From: Amoebidium appalachense | Taxonomy: Eukaryota; Protista; Ichthyosporea | NCBI GenBank assembly: GCA_963693365.1 | Contig: CAVNZM010000006.1 | Span: 10,729,355-10,793,354, forward strand | DNA length: 64,000 bases | Direction: 5' to 3' | Shown: piece after piece, positions 53,893 through 64,000 of the stretch | How the letters are laid out: every line of letters begins with the position of its first letter | Numbering within the stretch: position 1 is the first letter of the stretch | The notes under the pieces: generated by a model | Databases searched by the model: none | What the model saw: only the letters and a program-made list of their open reading frames with translations | What the model was told of the DNA's origin: nothing | Program-made: the position numbers and the translations under genes

Positions 53893-55793
53893 CCCCCTCC
53901 CCCCTCCCCCCCCCCCCCCCCCGCCACACGCACACACACACCTCCTCCCCCGCCCTTTGGGCCGCTACCTCCAGTTCTTAAGGAGACTTAGGGGATGGTT
54001 TGCCGGCAATGTAATCGGGGGATCCAATTGATCGGGATCTATCAAATTCCAGTCTGTGAGCCGGCTGAAATTGTCACTTTCGGGGCTTTTAATTACAAGC
54101 TGTCTAAATTTCGACGCTAGATCCAGAGAGAATGACCGCATAAATTTGCCCTGAAAATAAAATCCTAATAGTAAAGTGGGGGGCAATTACATAACAAAGT
54201 TTCAATGTCAGCCCCTCGTAGGGTCTTATTCTACCCTCTCCATAATTGCTTATGCTTAGCAAAATATGGGCACCTCAACCGAGGGCTACCACTCCCCCGG
54301 ACGAAAATTTTATTAGGTAATACCCCCCCCCACTTTATAAGTGAATTTTCATTTTCTCCCAAAGTTTATGAGGTCAATCGTCCAGAATCTAGGCGGGGTT
54401 TATGGAGCAAATTGAACTTTCGGACAATTCGGCATAATTGATCGACTTGATCAATTATGGAATTTGGTCGATCTCGATCCGTTGCGAACCCCCAATATTT
54501 AACTAAAATCCATCCCCTGAGTCTCCTTAACATCAATACTTTAGATCATAACAGCGCACATAGTGATAAGGCCCCCAAGCAAACAATCTAGGCCCGTGCA
54601 CCTCTCCCAGCCCAAGCTCAAGCAGCTCCACAACCCGTATGTCTGAGTCATAAATAACCTCCACAGACATGCTTAACCCCCCCCCCCCCCCCCCACCTCC
54701 TCAAAGTACTTTAAACCCCATCCACACATATGCCCCCCACACCTCCTAAAGTACTTCAATCCCTCCCGCCCCCCGCACACACCAACCCTCCCCCCCTCCC
54801 CCTAACCGAAACATCAAAGTACGTCCAGCCCTCCCACGCGCATACTAAAACCCTCCCGCTCCTCAAAGTACTTCAAGCCCACGAAACACGCACACACTTC
54901 CCCCCCCCCCCCCCCTCCGCCTCCACTCGCACATGTAACCCCCCCCCCCTCCCCAAAGTACTTCAAACCCCCCCACACACACACATGTTACCCCTCCACA
55001 TACATGATACCCGCACACATACACATACTACCCCCCCTCTCCCCCTCCCCCCCCCCTCCTCCTCTACACACACACAGCCACACCCACACCCACACCCACA
55101 CCCACACACACCCACCCACCCACCCACCCACCCACCCACACACACCTCTTCGAAGTACTTCTGGATGTCGTCCTCTGTCATGTCCACCCCGGGCCTGCCG
55201 TCTGGGCGCTTGGGCACATTGTTTGGGTTCTGGTAGAAGTTCTGCAGCAGAATGGTCTGGCTGAATGTGGGGCGGTTGTGCTGCCGCGAGCACCGGTCAC
55301 CGTGCCGGCACGCACCGATCTTAAAATAGAACGGGCAGTTGACCCTGTGCACGCCAGAGGATGAAGGGGGAGAGAGGGAGAAGGGGGGGAGAGGAGCCGG
55401 AAGGAAGGGGGGGTGGGGGGAGGGGGGAAGAGGGGGGGGGGAAGGGGGGGGAACAGAGAGCAACAGTCAGTAAGGGTAGCAAGTAAGCGCAGACGAGGAT
55501 ACAATAGAGTTCCCTGCAACGACACCACACGTATGTGTGGGTTGAGGCTCACAGAAAGGTACGTGTAAATGCACGTGCGACCAATCTCGGTGTGTAAACA
55601 ATGTGCCACCCCCACCACCCCTTGTATTCTTCAGCACAAAGAAAAGGAGTCGTGGGTAGGGGCAGGTGGAGGGGGGGGGGGGGGGAGGGGGGGGGGGGGG
55701 GAGGGGAGGGGGGGGGGGGGGAAGAGACGAAGCGATAGGCAACGAATATCGACCTTTGCTCTGTGCGCATGGCGAAAAAAGAATCTCCAGTGT

Positions 55794-55844
<51 letters not shown>

Positions 55845-56439
55845 CGTGCGCGCGCGCGCACCTCTCTTGTGCTCAGCTCAACAAACAAGGTCCCCAGGTG
55901 TCGAGCAATACAAGATGTTGGTATGTATGTGCGTGTTTATAATTGTCAGGGTGCCGCCTGGTGAATCTGAGTGTGCTGAGCACGGTGCGTGTGTCCTGAT
56001 GTACCAGACTGGGTGTGTCTGTGTGGGCACATGTGTGCGTGTATGTGCGTATGTGCGCGCGTGCTCGTGTGCTTAATATATTACAAGCCCTTTAGAGCGT
56101 TAAGAGCAGTCATTATGTCATAGTTCTATTCCTCAAATTGCTGGGTAACTGCACTCGTGATCGACCGACATTATATGTGCGCACGATGTGTGTGCGCGCG
56201 CCAAATAGTTGCCTTTGTATTTTTACGTGTGTATTCAGACCGTTCCTGGTATGTCAAGCTCAATGTTCAGTATGAGTCTGCCAGGGGGTCCATGGGATTG
56301 TTTGCTGAATACAGGTGACCCTTAGCAGGGCTCTCAGCGTGTGTCCCTCATACAGCTGCCAAGCACTACTACCCCACACACGCACACGCACTCACTTGTC
56401 CTTCTCCGTGCCGAAGATAGACGCCAGATACTCTGCCAT
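51358..56439 (-). CDS. U2AF1: U2 snRNP auxiliary factor small subunit (U2AF35), 217 aa, 5 exons
   Basis: Exons 56439-56396, 55344-55146, 53490-53322, 52184-52019 and 51433-51358. Motifs are [53 protein letters not shown] and [28 protein letters not shown], followed by a short RS tail. Confidence 0.97.
53982..54526. mobile_element. Non-autonomous TTAA-flanked element (545 bp), Kolobok-like termini
   Basis: TTAA lies at 53978-53981 and 54527-54530. The TIR is GGAGACTTAGGGGATGG versus reverse-complemented GGAGACTCAGGGGATGG (1 mismatch in 17). The interior is AT-richer and free of microsatellites. It lies in U2AF1 intron 2. Confidence 0.88.
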
Positions 56440-57055
56440 GGTCGCTGTGTGTGTCCGGCCAACCTACAAGCAACCCTTTGCCACAAACACCAACTGTTGC
56501 TAGAGCCTTAAGTTCACCAGCTCAGTGAGCTAGGTGCTGTATCACACGCAGGCTTCCTTGAATGGGCAGCCCTGTTCGTTCTACTTCCTTCACGCCTCTA
56601 TATAACTTGAAGCATGTGAAATCTTGGCAAAATCCGATCGGCTATTGTCTCCGTTTGAAAAAGTTGCCGAGCGCTACACATGCAAGGACGTTCTATATAT
56701 AACTCAGTTTGCTAAATTTAGATATTACGAGATTGTTTGCGCAAACGTTTTTTTGACGCAGTTATTCAGAGCATGTTGTAGGTCCATATATCGTTTAGCT
56801 ATAGTCAGTGTTGTAGGTACATACGTCGTTAACTACTGAAAGTTTTAACGAGGTTTAACGACGTATAAAAGATAACAGTGCTTGAGAGCCTGAACCGGCA
56901 CGCCCCTGTTATGATATTATGCCATAGCACAGCTGACCAATTAGAACCTGAGTTGATAAATATTTTTCGTTGCTTTTAAGCACGAAGGAGTCACACCGTG
57001 GCTCAAGTGCCCTTATGTGGACGGTGGTGGTCGGAAACGTGCGCCAGAAAACGAG
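56440..57055. promoter_or_regulatory. Putative bidirectional promoter between U2AF1 and APC11
   Basis: The head-to-head start codons are 616 bp apart, and the interval is AT-richer and free of repeats. Confidence 0.65.
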
Positions 57056-58173
57056 ATGATGAAAGTCAAAATACAAAGTAAGTTGGGGCTTGCAACCAAA
57101 GCTTTAAGCATACGTGGGTTGTGTCTCTGCATTTGCTGACGATATTTTTTTGCTTCCACAGGGTAAGAGTCCTCGCAGCTGTGGTCGAAGATGCACAGAT
57201 TCCGATGTTCTCGGAAATTCTTTTGCTTGGTAGGACCCAATGGTGCAGTCACAGGGTGCTCCGCACATCTTTGCATTCCACATTGCTCACGTTGGGGCCA
57301 TACGGCGCATGGTTTTTATTTCTGGATTCGTTTTTTTCTCATTTTGTGTTACCGTGGTTACCCAGGCGCACGAGTATGTGCTCGCATGTGTTATGTGTGT
57401 GGGCATCTGCAAAATCGTGCGTGCTTATTTTTGTCGGCTCGGGCACATGACCTGTACGACGGGCGCAAAGAGAAGGATGTGAGTGTGCATTGCTCCGCAT
57501 CTGCATGCGCTTTTTTTTTTTTTTGTGCACCATCCTCAGAAGCCACATAAGTCAGGGTGTATACTTTTTATGCTCTCTGTTGAGCTGACTTCGTACGAGC
57601 TTTCTACCTTCCGTTTTCGGCTGTACACAGACATACACAGTGGAGTAGTGCACACCACTGTCGCAATTATGAGCCCTATTTCGTACTCTTTATCCTCCCT
57701 TCTCCCCCCCCCCCCAAAACCTCCCCCTCCCAAACCCCCAACGCACAAACACACACGTACGTGCACATGCACATACACACCGTGTGTGCGGGCGTGGCCT
57801 CCTTTTGACTCCTCTCCCCTCGCCTCAACCTCTCCCCCTAAAGAATACATCTACAATCGAATCTGTGCCCCACCGACACACACATACACGCACATACACA
57901 AACACACACTCACACACACACACACACACACAAAGCTGGAATGCGGTGGCTGTGTGGCGCTGGGAGGTGGAGGACGAGGAGAGCTGTGGGATCTGCCGCA
58001 TGGCCTTTGACGGCTGCTGCCCAGACTGCAAGCTGCCGGGTGACGACTGCCCCCTAGGTGGGTCCGGCCTGGAAAAAAAAATGAGGGAGGGAGCGAGAGT
58101 ATGCCTGAGGAGGGAGGAAAGAGGGGAGGGGGAAGGGGGGGCGTTTTTTTTTTTTTTTTTTTTTTTTTTGGGT

Positions 58174-58207
<34 letters not shown>

Positions 58208-58759
58208 CATGGTTCTTTGCAGAGCAAGCACGAGGGGTAGCGTAGTGGAGAGATCGAGAGGCACCCGGAGGGGGGGCTGGAGGGGGGGGGGGGGGGGGGG
58301 GGGAGTACGGCTGGATGTAAAGAACAGAAATATTTGGTGGCTCTCCTTGCCTCACATCCGGGTTTTCCCGGTTTCCATAGTTGATGTCAACTTCGGTTAC
58401 TATCGCAATCTTCCCTTTCGACTTTTCCAACCTCTCCCTTTCCCTCCTTTCCCTGCTCCTCACATGGGTGGGTGGGTGGGTAGGTAAGTGAATGGGCAAA
58501 CTGTTGGATTATTCTCCTTCACAACCCCATGCATCTCTGCACATGACGTACCATAAAAATGCAACACGACGGGCTCTATCCTTCCCTCCCCCCTCCCCCC
58601 CTCCCCGCCCCCCGGACCATAGAAGGTAAAAACCTTCACGCTGTGATTTTAAATTTTGACTGATTCGACCCTCATCCCCCCCTCCCCTCCCCATCCCCGG
58701 GCTGCTGCCCAAGAGAGCGCGCACACACACGCACACACACACACACAGACACAGACACA

Positions 58760-58827
<68 letters not shown>

Positions 58828-58942
58828 GTGGGGGCAGTGCACGCACTGCTTCCACATGCACTGCATTCTCAAGTGGATGCAGGCCCAGACTGCCCGCCAG
58901 CTGTGCCCCATGTGCCGCCAGCCGTGGAAGTTCAAAGAATAA
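57056..58942 (+). CDS. APC11: Anaphase-promoting complex subunit 11 (RING-H2), 85-86 aa, 4 exons including a 1-nt exon
   Basis: Exons 57056-57077, 57162, 57936-58057 and 58827-58942 give (M)[85 protein letters not shown]. Confidence 0.96.
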
Positions 58943-59261
58943 CCCGTGAGCCTCATGGCCCGGGGTGGACAGGCCGTGCTTTGAATGCTCCTGGCTGGCA
59001 GGAAAAGGTATCGTTCTCGGCACACATCAAAACCGCTGCAAAGTCGAGGCTGTGATTCCATCGCAATGGGTTTTGGCCGTGCCGGATGAGAAAGTAACGC
59101 TGTAGATGTGTGTTTGTGGGGGATTAGGAGGTTTTTTTTGTGGTGGTGGGGGAGGGGGTTGATGGCCGTGTAATAGTGTCTAGCTATGTGAGAGAGCGCA
59201 CGTGCCTGATAAGAATGTGCTTGACTCGTTCGGTCCCCCCCCCCTCCTTCCCCCCCCCCCT

Positions 59262-59295
<34 letters not shown>

Positions 59296-59467
59296 ATTCA
59301 CATTGTTTTTTTGGGCCATCTGTTTGTTTGTTTGCTTGCTTTCTTGTTCACTTGTTTGCTTGTTTGTTCATGTTTTTGTTCCCCCCCCCCGCCCTGCCTT
59401 TGGGTGTTGGTGTGGATGTGTCTGTATGTGTGTTTTTTGGTGGTCGTGGTGGTGGTGGTGGTGGGGT

Positions 59468-59501
<34 letters not shown>

Positions 59502-59773
59502 GGGGGGGGGGGGCATTGTCAGTGATGATATGTAAATAAATGGAGACAAATAGCTGAGTAACAATCGGGCAGTGCCGGCAGATTCGGCAGTGTATTGTTC
59601 TGGAATTCGTTGAATGCTGACAGTCTGATACAAGAAACTAAGGATAAGGGGGGGGTAAGGCTTGATGAATTGATAATATGAAGCCAATAAACGAACTCAC
59701 TTTTGTTTTGAGCAGGTTAAATGGTTCATCGGATTGGTTCTTTGTAAATGTGGTGGCAGTTTGTTTATCATGC

Positions 59774-59807
<34 letters not shown>

Positions 59808-60705
59808 CGTGTGTGTGTGTGCATTCACGCATGTCTGTATTTTTCTCTCTGTGCAGTTGTGTATGAGTATCAGCAGTCTGCAGCTTGCAGAGGTGCGCAT
59901 GATGGATGCATGTGTGTTCTATACACGTAGGATGTGGCTTCACACCAGCCTAATATTAGGCCAGGTGATATTTATCTGAGAGGGAGGGGGGGCCGGGGGG
60001 GGATGTTAATGTGGGTGTATGCTGAGCTGTGTCTTTCAGATAAAACTTGGTCTTAGCACCACAACTCGCTTATTTGTTGATCACCCTGGGGACTTGGGTT
60101 CTTAATTATAATGAGATAGCAAGCTGCCCGCTGCTATCGCACATATGCATGCACCGGGCATACTATGTTATCACATCTGTAGGCCTACGCACCATCAATG
60201 ACACATGGGTGGTGGTATTTCTCGAGTTGCAGAAAAAAAAAAATATGCACACATAATTGTAATATCTAGCTGATCGGAAGGATATGTGCACTATAAAGAC
60301 TATCGTTTTTCTTAATAAAAGCATTCCGGAGTCCAGGAATAGGGCACCGTCGTAGCTAAATGCTGTCACTTTTTTGGCAAATACAATACCATGCATGTGC
60401 ACAAAGGGGCACTGCCCCAACACGATGTCCCTAAAAATAGACCGTGTAAACCTATAGTCATACATGCAAGCAATAACCTATAAAAATCCGGCCAAAAGTT
60501 TAAAATATCGACTTAGGGGGCCCATATACTTGCCTCGAGTGTCAATGAGCAAATCAATCCATGCATAAGCACAGAAAAATAAATTACTGTGTCCTAAAGC
60601 GTAGACTTGGTAGTGTGTGGGAGTCGATATGTTGTGCGTGATTCAAAGTGTGGTGGTGGTGTAAAGTGTGTGTGTGTGCCGGGGTGATGGATACATCCCT
60701 AGGCA

Positions 60706-63799
<3,094 letters not shown>

Positions 63800-63814
63800 C
63801 TGTATGTTTATTGT

Positions 63815-63851
<37 letters not shown>

Positions 63852-64000
63852 CGTGCGTTGTGTGTGCGTGCGTGCGTGCGTGCGTGCATGTGTGTGTGTG
63901 TGTACCTAGGCGTATCTGGGTGTAGGTGTCTAGATGTACACTTTTTTTTTTTTTTTTTTTTCTCGAGCGCGCAACTATGTCTGTGTGGATCGCATATAAT

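Noticed and set aside
57078-57935. A single non-canonical GT-AA intron in APC11
   Set aside because: Two fully canonical introns around the 1-nt exon at 57162, with a branch point and U-tract, explain the frame without non-canonical sites.

Overview
Intron-rich eukaryotic genomic DNA, probably a unicellular opisthokont or holozoan (inferred from animal-like FNIP and TMEM222; not provable here). It is saturated with poly-G/poly-C, (CA)n and (GA)n tracts, and most ORF-track entries are microsatellite artefacts. Manual splicing gives seven genes: a single C2H2 zinc-finger factor (+), a Ras GTPase (-), an FNIP/Lst4 gene of about 28 exons (-), glucosidase II beta/PRKCSH (+), U2AF1 (-), APC11 (+) and the 3' part of TMEM222/RTE1 (-). 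Mobile elements are a 5'-truncated RT-RNase H non-LTR retrotransposon with a 15-bp TSD, a non-autonomous hAT element with an 8-bp TSD in the FNIP/PRKCSH divergent promoter, a Kolobok-type TTAA element and a second TTAA MITE. The most striking observation is that APC11 splices most cleanly into its conserved frame through a one-nucleotide exon (G at 57162). It appears to lie in the codon equivalent to the single-nucleotide exon reported for Arabidopsis APC11. Other oddities are intronic tandem 'echoes' of exon/donor junctions, acceptors without polypyrimidine tracts, and E-box minisatellites abutting FNIP acceptors.
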